DNA of 64,000 nucleotides from Podospora anserina (Eukaryota): NCBI GenBank assembly GCA_017654855.1, contig CM030336.1, positions 372,001 to 436,000 of the forward strand, read 5' to 3'. Shown piece by piece: positions 23,441 to 35,047 of this stretch (position 1 is its first letter; each line of letters starts with the position of its first letter). The notes under the pieces were generated by a model. It saw only the letters and a program-made list of their open reading frames with translations, ran no database searches and was not told where the DNA came from. The position numbers and the translations under genes were made by a program.

Positions 23441-24789
23441 ATGAGCGCCCCATTCACCCTCCCCAACCCAGCCGACCTCCTGCTCAACCCGTCGCTCAAA
23501 CGGCAAGCCTCCGACTCGGAGGGGTCAGACGCCTCGAGCACGGAATCCCAGAAGAAAGCCAAAGTCGCCGAGTCTTTCACCGCGGCCTCTTGCAAGGCCT
23601 TCTGCACCCCGCTCCGATGCTGCTCGACCTGCGACCCGGCCAGACGGCAATGGACCTGCACCAAGGTCGGATGTCCGGGAAATTGGCTCCGGTTGGTGGA
23701 GTGTTGTGAGCATGAGAATGAGAGCTTTTTGCATGAATTGCATGGCGACGTTTGTGAGCTATTATCACTGCCTAGGTACAGGTTTGCAGGTATAGAGTAC
23801 TGGCGGATTTGACAGCCTCGGCCAAATAAATGCCACTCTTGCAACAGGCTTCTCTGCCCTTCTCTTCGCTGTGAGGGCTGGGGATGCCAAGACACTGATC
23901 GCAGCGGATCATCCACCACCTGTTCTCCCGTGCAAGATGTGTTTCGAGGAGCAGCAGCGCCAGGAAAGCGGAAATGGCGAGGAGCAAGGCGCCGATGATG
24001 ATGATGGCGATCAAGGACCGGAAGACGAAGCCTCCGAGAAAGAGCCCGATGACCAACCAGCTCCGCTACCATCCTGTGCCACTATTTGCGACTGGATAGT
24101 TCACCCTGATGACTTGTACAGCAAGTACACCTGCCACAATCTCAAATGCCCCAGCGACGGACCGCTCGTCAGCTGCGAATACTGCATGGACGAGGAACCT
24201 AAAGAATGCCCTACCGAGTGTCCCCTCTGCCACGGGCACTGGATGTGCGTCTGCTTGACCCAGGGCACTTAATGTAAACTGACCCGGCACTTTAGCGATA
24301 TGGGTCGCTGGAGTTCGAAGCCAAGGTTTGGTGATGCCGCTCCCCACAGGCTAGGGGCCACAGGGAGTACTAGTCCGAGGAACTCACATGCTCTTACTGC
24401 CGTGAGGAGCTCGACTCTGACCACCACTCAACAGACTTTACTGCATACTACTGCCATAACCAACGCTGCACCACTTGGGAGTTCATCACCTGCGAAGAAT
24501 GCACCCCCAAGGGGGTGCTCCGGCCATGCCCCGACTGTCTGGGCGAGGACGCGTGTGTGCATGCGAGCTATATACGGTCCCGTGGCAGAAGATGTGCAAA
24601 AGCTATCCGATGTACAACTGCTGGCCAGTCAGGGTCTTCGACCAGCCCTTCTGCCAACGGAGCTGGCATGTTGGACCTGATGGGGAGCGGTCGGCTGAAC
24701 CCGAATTCTGCAATGTAGAGGCCCCGCCCTGTATATGTGACGATTCGGAGAAGGAGGCCGATGGAAAGGGGCGTCCGACTGCATCCTAG
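23441..24789 (+). pseudogene. Fragmented Cys-rich (CxxC-repeat) coding region; degenerate or multi-exon
   Basis: Successive + strand segments rich in CxxC lie in different frames. Two related units are YTCHNLKC..SCEYC..ECPLC and YYCHNQRC..TCEEC..PCPDC. I found no clean splice model. Confidence 0.4.
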
Positions 24790-25159
24790 CTGCAGGGCTC
24801 AATTCTCCGGCTCTTAGATGCCAGATCAGGGGTGTAATGCCGTCTTCGAGGCAAATCGAGACAGCCAGCAATGTACATACACAAAGCCAATTATGGAACA
24901 ACCAGATTCATTAATACTACGTTCTCTGTCCTGCCTTTCACAACCCGTCCTCGCCAGGAAAAGAAGTGAACGCAGCCAAGCAAAGTACACCAATCTGAAG
25001 ACCGATAACTGACACCTTTTGAACACTCAGTTAGACTTGTACCATCTATCCATCTTGGTTTTCTTCAAAAAGCAACGAGACAAAAAAACCCCATCAGGCC
25101 GTGCTAGGTGGTTCAGGCAGAAATCCGAGTCTAGAAACACAATCAGCCTTGTTGCCCCA

Positions 25160-27593
25160 TCACAACTCTTCAAAAACAAGCTTATCCTCGTTCTCATCCG
25201 GCCCGTCCGCCAAATACTTTTTCCGGAGGTACTCCAGCCTTGCCCCTTTCCCGTCAGGGTCGGACTGATGTAGCTCTGCCATGTGCAGCTCCGGCGACGC
25301 GAGGTTTCCAACCTTGGAGTCATCTTCCATGAGCCTTGACCCCCCGGGTATTGTGGTGCCTCGTGCAGGTGGTGGAAAGGAGGAAAGATAAAGAGAATCA
25401 TTGTTGCTCACCTGCAAAAGCCCGTTGCTCAACCCATCACCATGGATCAAATCCAACACACTGCTGCTCGACTTCTTTCTAAGGGGCTGGGCAGGAACAC
25501 CCAGCATCCCACCGCTCTCAGCCGCACCAGCGACCCTAAGCGGGAAGGGGAGCACGGTCCCCACCACCACGGGTGCAACCTGGCTGACCACCCCGCCAAT
25601 ATCCCTCACGAGACCGCCGAGGAAATCCCCAAACGACTCCTCATGACCCTGCCCCTCCGGGACCGACATCGTAATCTGCTGCAGCTCCGAGCTGGAAAGC
25701 TTGGACAAGGCCTGGAGGGCGGTCTCGCCAAAGACGGCCCGCTTGGCCACAAGGATGGCAGCTTCACGGTCGGCTTGGGAAAGGGATTGGGTCGAGAAGG
25801 AAGACTCGGAAACGTGCTCGACAATCTTCTTTGTGAGCTGGTAAAGGGGCTCGCGCTCGACGGCGCGGACGATGACCTTTCCGAGGTCGTCGAACCAGCC
25901 CTCGGCGCGGTAGGACTCGGCACGGTTCTTGATAGTGTCAACGAGGAATTTGCCCAGTTCGATGCCGATGGTGATGCCGGGGAAGAGGCCGAAGAGCTCG
26001 GCTTGTTGACCGTTGGTGGCTGGGCCGTTGGAGGTAGCAGCGAAGGGGACGGTTTTGAGCTTGACCTCGCCGGTGGCGGTAGTTTGGGTGTACTCGGTCG
26101 AGCTGAGGATCTTGTTCGCGGTCAGGGGGAGGGCGGGGCCGAGGCGGCAGATGATGGGGTCAAAGTTGATGGAGCGGTAGTGGGTGCTCCAGATCGAGGA
26201 CATTTCTTGCAGGATCTTGCGGGTGATGGGGTTGTCCTCTAGCTTCAAGATGGATTGGAGGGCAGCCTCGGCGAGGATGCCACGCTCGAGTGTGCCTTGC
26301 AGCACAGCGCTTACATCAGTCAAGGCAGATTCAGTGGCCTGATTGATGACACCGAGGATGGCGTGAGCGATGGCGCCGTGGACGCCGCCCAAGAACGGCT
26401 GGAGGTAAACAGGGGCGGCAGGGCCCACGTTGCCCTGCACAAATTTGGCAACCTTCTTGAGGTCGTCAAAGAAGCCCTCAGCGTCAAGGGGTCCAGGAGC
26501 TGGAGCGGAGGTGTAACCGGTGCGAGGAGCAGGCTGGGTCGTGGGACTGGCGCCGGATGAGGTGATGGAGTAGCCGTATTTGACAAGCTTGATGCCCTGG
26601 TGCTCACCCCAGGGTGGGAGGTTGCCGTCGAAGACCTTGAGCATGCCCTCGTAGTCATTGCCGAGCGGGCCTATGACACTGGCCGAGTTCTTGTCGCCGC
26701 CACCGTAGACGTGAGTACCGATGACAGCTTGCTTGGAACCCTTGCGGATAACAGGAGCACCAGATTGACCTATCCGTTGTTAGCGAAACATTATCACGGG
26801 GAAAAAAAGAATCCAAAACTCACCACCAAAGGTCGAAATCCGGTACTTGAGCATGCCCCTTCCCTTGTTCTTGGCCGAGTCAAGGACGTAAGTGATGCTG
26901 GTGAACTGCTCCCACATAAGGGCACCCTTCTCCTCGCGGCCATCGGCATCCTCGAGAGTCTTGTCGGCAGGATAGCCAACAACACCAATCATGTCATCGC
27001 CACTCTCAGGAGTGTTCTTGTACGTGAAGAGGCGGAGGTTGCCAGTGAAGGGCTTGTCGAGTTTGACGAAGGCGACGTCGGCATGGCGGTTGTTGCGGTC
27101 GACAACCCACTGGGCGTTGGTGACGACGACTTTGCCTGAGCGAAACTGCACGATAGGAGAGTTGATGTTGGAACGTCCGTGGTAGCCGATGTAAGCCTTG
27201 ATGTCGACGGCCTTGCCGAGGCCTCTGCCATAACCAGACCAGTCGAAGACATTGTGGCCGGCAGTCACCAAAAGGTCTGGGGCGATGAGCCAACCGGTAC
27301 CCATGGCGTAGGACTTATCACCAGGCTGCTGGCCTTCATAGCGCATCTGAAGCTTGACGATGGCTGTCTCTTTGTCAACACTTGCCGGTCATAGATTCGT
27401 GCAGAAGAGGACACTCACAGCGATATTTTCCGCCATCCCGGATATCGTTGTCATCGACCAGAGAGCGGTGGTCTGGGTCAAATACCGACTCGGAAGTGTC
27501 ATCAGTGGAGAAGAAAGACTCTGGTGTCACCTGGGTATGGGCGTAAGGAATTTCCCAGGTGGCAGCCACGGCGAGATAGGGGTCAGAAGACAT
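25160..27593 (-). CDS. V8-like (glutamyl endopeptidase-type, S1B) serine protease with a long C-terminal extension, about 774 aa, 3 exons
   Basis: Introns 27364-27418 and 26770-26823 join three segments in frame. Catalytic triad motifs are GTGWLI..DLLVTAGHNV, HADVAF and STFGGQSGAPV. The S1 His lies in IGTHVYGG. There is no signal peptide. Confidence 0.88.
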
Positions 27594-30349
27594 TTTGGTT
27601 TGATGTGTGAACGAGTTTTGATGATGTGAAAAGGTGATGCGGTGAGTGTCGGTCGTCTGAGACGATCACCACGTCCATCTTATACTCCTTTCCTGGCGAC
27701 ACCAAGCCCAATCGTCAACTGAGGTGCCTCCTTTTGTTGTCGTCAACAACTTGATGGAGAAGCGACGCAAGCCTCTTTCCTTCTGGACCAAACTGTTTCG
27801 TGATCGATTGAAGGCCTCGTCCAATAGTGGCGTACGCTGACAGCGCTTGCGCGGAGGAGAAATCGGAAGTGCCTCGCGACATTGAAGCTGAAGCTTCATC
27901 TTGAAACATCCTTTGGCTCCAATATCACAAGCGGGGATATCTCAAAAGGTCTATGCAATCCTTCAGCTGACTGTTGGAAGCCGAGTTCGTCGATATCCAT
28001 ATCTGTGTGTGGTTAGTGCTGCTGGATGTGGCCGGCTGTGCCTGCAGGTGAAATTGCACAAAACGTTCTAGAGTTTTCGGAATGCGATAGAAGGTTCTTG
28101 GGAAACGTGGTCTGGAACTGACAGGTGCAAGCAGTTTCACACAAAAGTTTTCTTTTGTAACGGATGGCGGGCTCGGGTCTCCAAGCACCTAGAACGAAGA
28201 TGGCGTTATGTACGACAACCGAGAATGGTAAGGCTGTCGCTGGCACACCAGCTGAATGGGTGTTGACCTCAGCTAGGCCGTGCTATTGGCCCGCCCTCCA
28301 CATGCTAATGCGACCTGCTGCAGAACATCACAATTCCCACCACCCCAAGAGTCCCTTTTGGGGAAGCCCAGGTGCGGGTGCGGGATGGAGCGAGCCGCCC
28401 ACTCTGGTGAGGGGGACGTCCAAGGTGGTACAACCTCGTTGCAAAACGCTCACTTGCAAAAGACCTGATCAAGTGTTTAGCAAGATGTGAAGTAAAAGCC
28501 GGCCGCAATTGTTCGCCCAGGAAAAATCCCAAGATCATATCCGATCATGGTAGGTATTCACCAGTTGGGCCAAGCACCATGACAGGGCGGGTCGACGAAG
28601 AGCGCTCAACGTTGGGAATCCTCAGCATTATAATAACTCCAGCGATAACTTTCGGGCAAAAGTCCGCCCGCTCGTACCCGAGATATGCCAGATCAGGCCC
28701 CATTTCTCGCCGGTGTCGGGGCTCGGGGGTTTGTACCGGAGGTCCGGATCGCGGCGGAAGTAGTGGGGCCGCCGCCCTCTCTCTGCATGCAGTCAACCGT
28801 CCTCTGGAATGAGCCAAGCAACCAATCGAGTGGTGCTTTTACACTGATCGGAACTCCCCTCTCGGGCTGGGATCATGTCCGGGGGGTTGGCTGAGGGCAT
28901 CAGGGCGAGCTCACTGTTGGCAAGTTCACAACGGTGTTGGTTTCTTGATCACCGTTCCAGACATATGCCGAGGTGCTCTCTCTCTCTTTGTTGCAGAATG
29001 TTTCCGGGTACCAAAATAAACTTCTTACAGCGCAGATCAGTCAGCGGTCTGCACGAAAGACAGTAACAATATGGTAAGCTGACGGGCCATAACGTTGGGT
29101 TTGCTCTGGAGGAACACAACATGCTAAGGTTCTGAGGCATGTCGCTCTTTTCTCTTTTGGTGGTGATATGCAGGAACACGGGGGTCCAGACCTTGCGGGT
29201 CAACGACTTTACCCCATAATCCATTTGGCGCTTCCCGCGGTGGTAGTGCTGACGGGCTGATATCAAGCGTATCATGTATGTGGCTGCATGATGACAAAGA
29301 TATTGACCTCGTCTCGTGCAAGAAACAGAAATAACCGGCATCGTGGTGACAGTAAGGGTTTTGATGCCAAGAGCACGTGTCTGGTTGACATTCCTGATCC
29401 TGATGAAGTGGTCTGTGTCAGCCTCTTTGCCGAGAAGAAAATTATTGAATTTGCCAATGACCTGAGAACTGGGCACGAATCATGACCCCTATTTCATTGA
29501 ATCGTTGACAGCTTAGGCTAGCTGCGCTCCAACAGTTGCCAGTAGTGAGCTACCTTATGGAGGAGCAGAGATCAAAGGGAGAATTCAGGTGAATGAGATG
29601 GTCTCGCGCCCCAAGTTGATGGCGAAGCAGCGAGACACTGAAAACGTGGAGGCGGAGAGTTGACAATGCACAGGGCCAAGGGCGCCGGACCTCGTCCTCA
29701 GCTACGTATGGCGGGGAAAGGGGACACGGTGCAACGTGACATTTAGGTGACTTTGTTCTCCCTGTCTTTGCAAGCACCGTACCTTCCTTGGCACTCAGTA
29801 ATGAACATGGACACTACCTATCTGCCGGACTAAGTCCGGATGGTCTGCCGTTTGGTGCGGGTTGGATGCTTTTGCTGCTTGCAGCCTTTTGACGGCGGCC
29901 ATCCACGGCTCTGGAATTCTGCCATGACCGAGCTCTTCAACCAGTCCAACGAGTCAACGACAGACGATCCTATCCAATTCTTGCATCCCTTTTCGTCCTC
30001 CCGTTCCCAACACCAACAGCACCGTGCAAACGCCTCGAAGCGCTGCTCTCGGCGCCGAACCGTCACCGATTGTCCGCGGGTAGAGCACAGTCCGGCATTC
30101 CTCCAAACATGGTCCGACAGGCGACAGCCGCGAGATCGTCGCAGAACGATTTCAGGGTGACTCGCAGTGTTCCAAATAGCCGGACGGCCATCGACATATA
30201 AGTAAAGATCACGTCCTCGCCATTCCAATGCCCTCTCACACTTCAGCATTCTTTCCTTGTCAAGATACTCACCATTGCATTGCATCTGCCATTCCCTGAT
30301 CTAGCTACTCGTCTTACTTTCCAGCCAAACCCAACAACCAACCGCAAAC

Positions 30350-31470
30350 ATGCCTGGCGTCACTTCCAACACCTCCAGCAAGTACAATGCCATCCCCGGT
30401 CCTCTGGGTTTGGCGTCGGCTTCGCTCGAGGGCAAGGTCGCCTTGGTAACTGGTGCTGGTATGTATCATCCATCCTTGTCGAGGGTTAAGCCTCGAAGCC
30501 CTTGCACCTGCATAGCAGCCCCGCCAAGCACTTCCCCTGTGCGCGGTACGGGGCATTTACCCCAAGCCAAAGTCCGGTGCCAAGCCCACATCCCGCCCCT
30601 TATCGTGGCACCACATGCGAGCTGCCTCATCTGTCTTGGGGATCGGCATTCAACCATGACCTCACAGCTAACACAGTGTAGGCCGTGGTATCGGCAAGGA
30701 GATGGCTCTCGAGCTCGGACGTCGTGGCGCCAAGGTCATTGTCAACTATGCCAACAGCGACTCGGCCGCCAACGAGGTCGTCCAACAGATCAAGAAGAAC
30801 GGCACCGATGCCTTCGCCGTCAAGGCCAACGTTGGTGAGGTCGACCAGATCGTCCGTCTCTTCAAGGAGGCCAAGGAGAAGTGGGGCAAGCTCGATATCG
30901 TCTGCTCCAACAGCGGTGTCGTCTCCTTTGGTCATGTCAAGGATGTCACCCCTGAGGAGTTCGATCGTGTCTTCAACATCAACACCCGTGGCCAGTTCTT
31001 CGTCGCTCGCGAGGCCTACAAGAACCTCGAGGTCGGTGGCCGTGTCATCCTGATGGGCTCCATCACCGGTCAGGCCAAGGCTGTCCCCAGACACGCTGTC
31101 TACTCCGGCAGCAAGGGTACCATTGAGACCTTTGTCCGCTGCATGGCTATTGATTTCGGTGACAAGAAGATCACCGTCAACGCCGTCGCCCCCGGCGGTA
31201 TCAAGACCGACATGTACCACCAGGTCTGCAGAGAGTACATCCCCAACGGCGACAAGCTCGACGATGAGGGTGTTGACGAGGTGAGCCTCCTTATGGATTT
31301 ACTGCATATTATCACGATGCTAACTGCAACAGTACGCTGCCGGCTGGTCCCCTCTCCACCGTGTCGGTCTCCCGATCGATATCGCCCGCGTCGTCTGCTT
31401 CTTGGCGTCGCAGGACGGCGAGTGGGTTAACGGCAAGGTCATCGGCATCGATGGCGCCGCTTGCATGTAA
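30350..31470 (+). CDS. THR1: 1,3,8-trihydroxynaphthalene reductase (DHN-melanin pathway SDR), 3 exons
   Basis: [48 protein letters not shown] and the C-terminus [12 protein letters not shown] match 3HNR/BUF1/THR1. Introns at 30459-30681 and 31281-31332. Confidence 0.93.
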
Positions 31471-32350
31471 AGTACGGACAGATATTGGCTGGAACTAATG
31501 ATGCGTTGCTTTCACAATGGAGGTGTTGGTGGATAGATGGGAGGACAGGCTGGATTACCGGGTTATAGATATGGGGGCAGACAGAGCACATTTTATTGCT
31601 GAGAGATAGTTGCAGTGCAAATATGTTTACTGGTATGTTTCACAATCAGGGAGCTCCAATTCAGGCTTGCTTTCGTGCATCTGTTGTTGAGGGCGAGACA
31701 ACGACAAGTGTGGTCAAAGCCATCGAAGCCACGGGGGACTCTAGTATCGCGTTAGATGTCTCGATTCGGCTCCGATGCTGACTGCATCGTGGATGAGGAA
31801 TCTTGTGTGACCACATGAGGCAAGCCTGCCACATTGACCATCCTGACTCCCGGGCTATGAGGGCAGACCATACCATGGCTGCGTCTGACAAAAGTGTCTC
31901 GGCGTGGCACCCATCACGAGAACTGTGAATGGCCAGGTTTCAGCCCTTCCAGCAAATAGATGCCAATCCATACGTCAGAGACATGACCATCAAGAACAAC
32001 GGGCATGAACACTATAAAAGTAAAAAGGTATAAAGACAGCGGAAAACATCGAGTGAGAAATGAGCCATTCTTTTGCTTTCTTGTCAGCAAAAAGGTTGAG
32101 AACTTGCCAACGGCCCCCTGTCTCACTACCGCATAACTTTATGCAATTGCGAACCCGCGCACAGTTGGCATTCCTTCCCATTAGGGTAATAGCACACTAA
32201 AAAGCGCCACAAAAAAACTCTCCCCGGAAGTCGGAACGGAACGGCGACGACGAGCAAACGGCAGGAGCTCGGGTGATACCGTGAAAACATCAACAATTGG
32301 CGAGCAAACCCAGAAAGCATCTTGGCCTCCTGCCAGACACCACTTTCAAC

Positions 32351-34579
32351 ATGATAACCAACGGATCCTCACACGACAAGAAACCAGAGGCTATGCATGC
32401 CTCTGGTGTTCTTTCCGAATGGCAGAGACTGCAGAAGCAGTTGACTGGAAACGGGGTCGTCTCTGTTGATGGCGAAACCCTGACTGTTGCTGATGTTGCG
32501 GCGGTTGCACTGTAAGTTCTCCGTCCCGTCGCTTGTCAACAACAAGGAAAGGCTAAGACTGTGACTAGACACGGCGCAAAAGCACGTCTCACCGATGACG
32601 AGGATATAATTCGACAAGTCAATGAAAGTGTTGCTTACCTTGCACACGAGCTCGAAGCAGGGCACACCATCTACGGTGTCAATACCGGCTTCGGAGGCAG
32701 TGCAGATACCAGGACTCAAGATTTTGAACGACTTCAGAGTGCTGCCATCCAGCATCTCAATGTCGGTATCCTTCTTCAAAGTGACAAGGGCAACGACAAC
32801 GGCAGAAACGAGCTTCTCCGAAGTCATGCTCTCCCCAGCCCAGTGGTCAAGGCCGCCATGCTGATCCGCTGCAACTCCCTCATGCGCGGCCACTCTGGCG
32901 TTCGCACCAGCGTCATCGAGTCAATCATGGGGCTTCTCGCCAACGACATGACCCCGGTCGTTCCCCTCAGAGGCAGCATCTCCGCCTCGGGAGATCTCTC
33001 GACTCTATCTTACATCGCCGGTGCCATAGAAGGAAACCCCGACATCTTTGTCAAGCTCGGCAGCGACAAGATCATCCCCGCTAGCGACGCCCTCCAAATC
33101 GCCGGAATCACCCCCGTCCGCCTCCAAGCCAAAGAAGGCCTCGGAATCACAAACGGCACCGCCCCCAGTTGCGCCATGGCCTCCCTGGTCATCGCCCAAG
33201 CCAACCAGCTCGCCTTGTTGATTCAAGTCCTGACAGCAATGGGCACCGAAGCCCTGAACGGCACTTCCCACAACTACCACCCCTTCATCTCCAGCACCCG
33301 CCCTCACCCAGGCCAAGCCGAAGCCGCTTCGAACATCCTGTCTTTTCTCTCCAACTCCAATATCTCCCCTCCTTTTCCCGCCGAATCCTCCCCCAAAACC
33401 CGCCTCGGCCTCGCTCAAGACCGTTATTCCCTCCGCACAGCCCCGCAATGGATTGGTCCCCAACTGGAAGACCTTCTCCTGGCAACAAAACAAATCACAA
33501 CAGAACTCAACTCAACAACCGACAACCCCCTCATCGACCCCTCCTCAAGCTCGATCCACCACGGCGGCAACTTTCAAGCCATGGTCCTGACCTCGGCCAT
33601 GGAAAAGACCTCGCTTGCACTGCAAAATCTCGGCCGGTTGATATTCGCGCAGTGCTCGGAGGTGATCAATAACATGACCAGCAAGGGCTTGCCGCCGAAC
33701 TTGTCGGCTGACGACCCCAGTCAGAGCTTTACGGCCAAGGGGTTTGATGTCACGATGGCGGGGTACATGGCTGAGCTGTCGTATTTGACGAGACCGGTGA
33801 GCGCGAGTGTGCAGGTCGCTGAGATGGGGAATCAGAGCGTGAATTCTATGGCGTTGGTGGCGGGACGGTACGCGATGGAGGGGGTGGAGATTTTGGGGCT
33901 GATGTGTGCTACTTATATGTGGGTCTTGTCCCAGGCTGTTGATTTGAGGGTGGTTCAGATGAGGTTCAGGGAGGAGGTGAAGCTTTGGTTGCCGAGTTTG
34001 GTGAGGGATCATGTCTTTGGGGGGAGCGGTTCCGGGAGGATGGAGGTGATTGAAAGGGTCGCGGGACAGTTGGGAGACATTATACTACAGAGGTGGGATG
34101 AACTCGCGCATTTGGACTTGAGGGAGAGGTGTGACAAGGTTGCGAAGGAGTCGATGGGGTGGTTGCTGGATGATGAGCAACCCTTTTCGAAGGGGGAGAT
34201 GGTGGATCGTTTCTTCTTGTCGGAGTACAGGACTGCCGTGAGAGAGTTCTTGGAGCAGCATTACAGGGAACAGCATGACATGTTTAGTGATCAGGGACAG
34301 GCGGGAGAATTTGTTGGTGAGGGCGGGAAGCTGGTGTATGAGTTTGTGAGGAAGGAGCTGGGAATCCCGCTGAACAGAGGGGTAGAAGATCATCCGCCAT
34401 TACTGTTGAGGACCAGGGCAGAAGGAGAGAACGATCATGGTCACGGTAATGGCACTCAGGCGGATCCGAGAACCAAAATTTTGGGAACACAGGCCTCTAA
34501 CATTTACGAGGCGTTGCGGAAGGGGGTGCTGCATGACCGTATCATGAAGTACGCAGAGGAAGCTCGTCTGTGGGCATAA
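32351..34579 (+). CDS. Aromatic amino-acid ammonia-lyase (PAL/TAL), 2 exons
   Basis: IYGVNTGFGGSADTR, the MIO motif GSISASGDL, KEGLGITNGT, QDRYSLRTAPQW, NSTTDNPLID and GGNFQ. Intron 32512-32568. Confidence 0.92.
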
Positions 34580-35047
34580 GATAGAAATTAGCAAGTCGGT
34601 AGACGAACAAATACACAAGCACGACAAGACAATTCCACTCAGAACTGGTCAATATTTTGCTGGAAAGATAATGCTTTGAGTAACCCTAACCCGAGATTGT
34701 TGTGCGCTCGGCCTCTAAAACTTAAACTTTGACATGGCGTCAGTGAGGCTCATGCTCGCCTCTGTCTGGCGACATTTCGAGTGCGACATTCCTCAACCGT
34801 CGAACCGAACAGCACCGAGTGTTCGTGGCACCAATCCAGACACATCGACAATGGCGAGCCCCACCAAAATCATGAGATGAGCGACTGGGGGCATTCTTCC
34901 TTATAGCGTTGCATCGCATCAACGAGCCCCATTTCTTACCACCAGCTGCCTGCTCTTTGTTTACCTGATATATTTTTCTTGCCCATCCGCGACTCGCACA
35001 CATCTTCCAACGACCACTCCCTCCGATTGGACTGCCTGACAGGCGCC

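Noticed and set aside
25340..25412. Possible extra intron (CAG|GTGAGC donor) near the protease 3' end
   Set aside because: No clear branch point or acceptor, and the frame stays open to 25160; left unresolved.
34681..34692. TAACCCTAACCC telomere-like hexamers
   Set aside because: Only two units, which is expected by chance or as a promoter motif; this is not an interstitial telomere.
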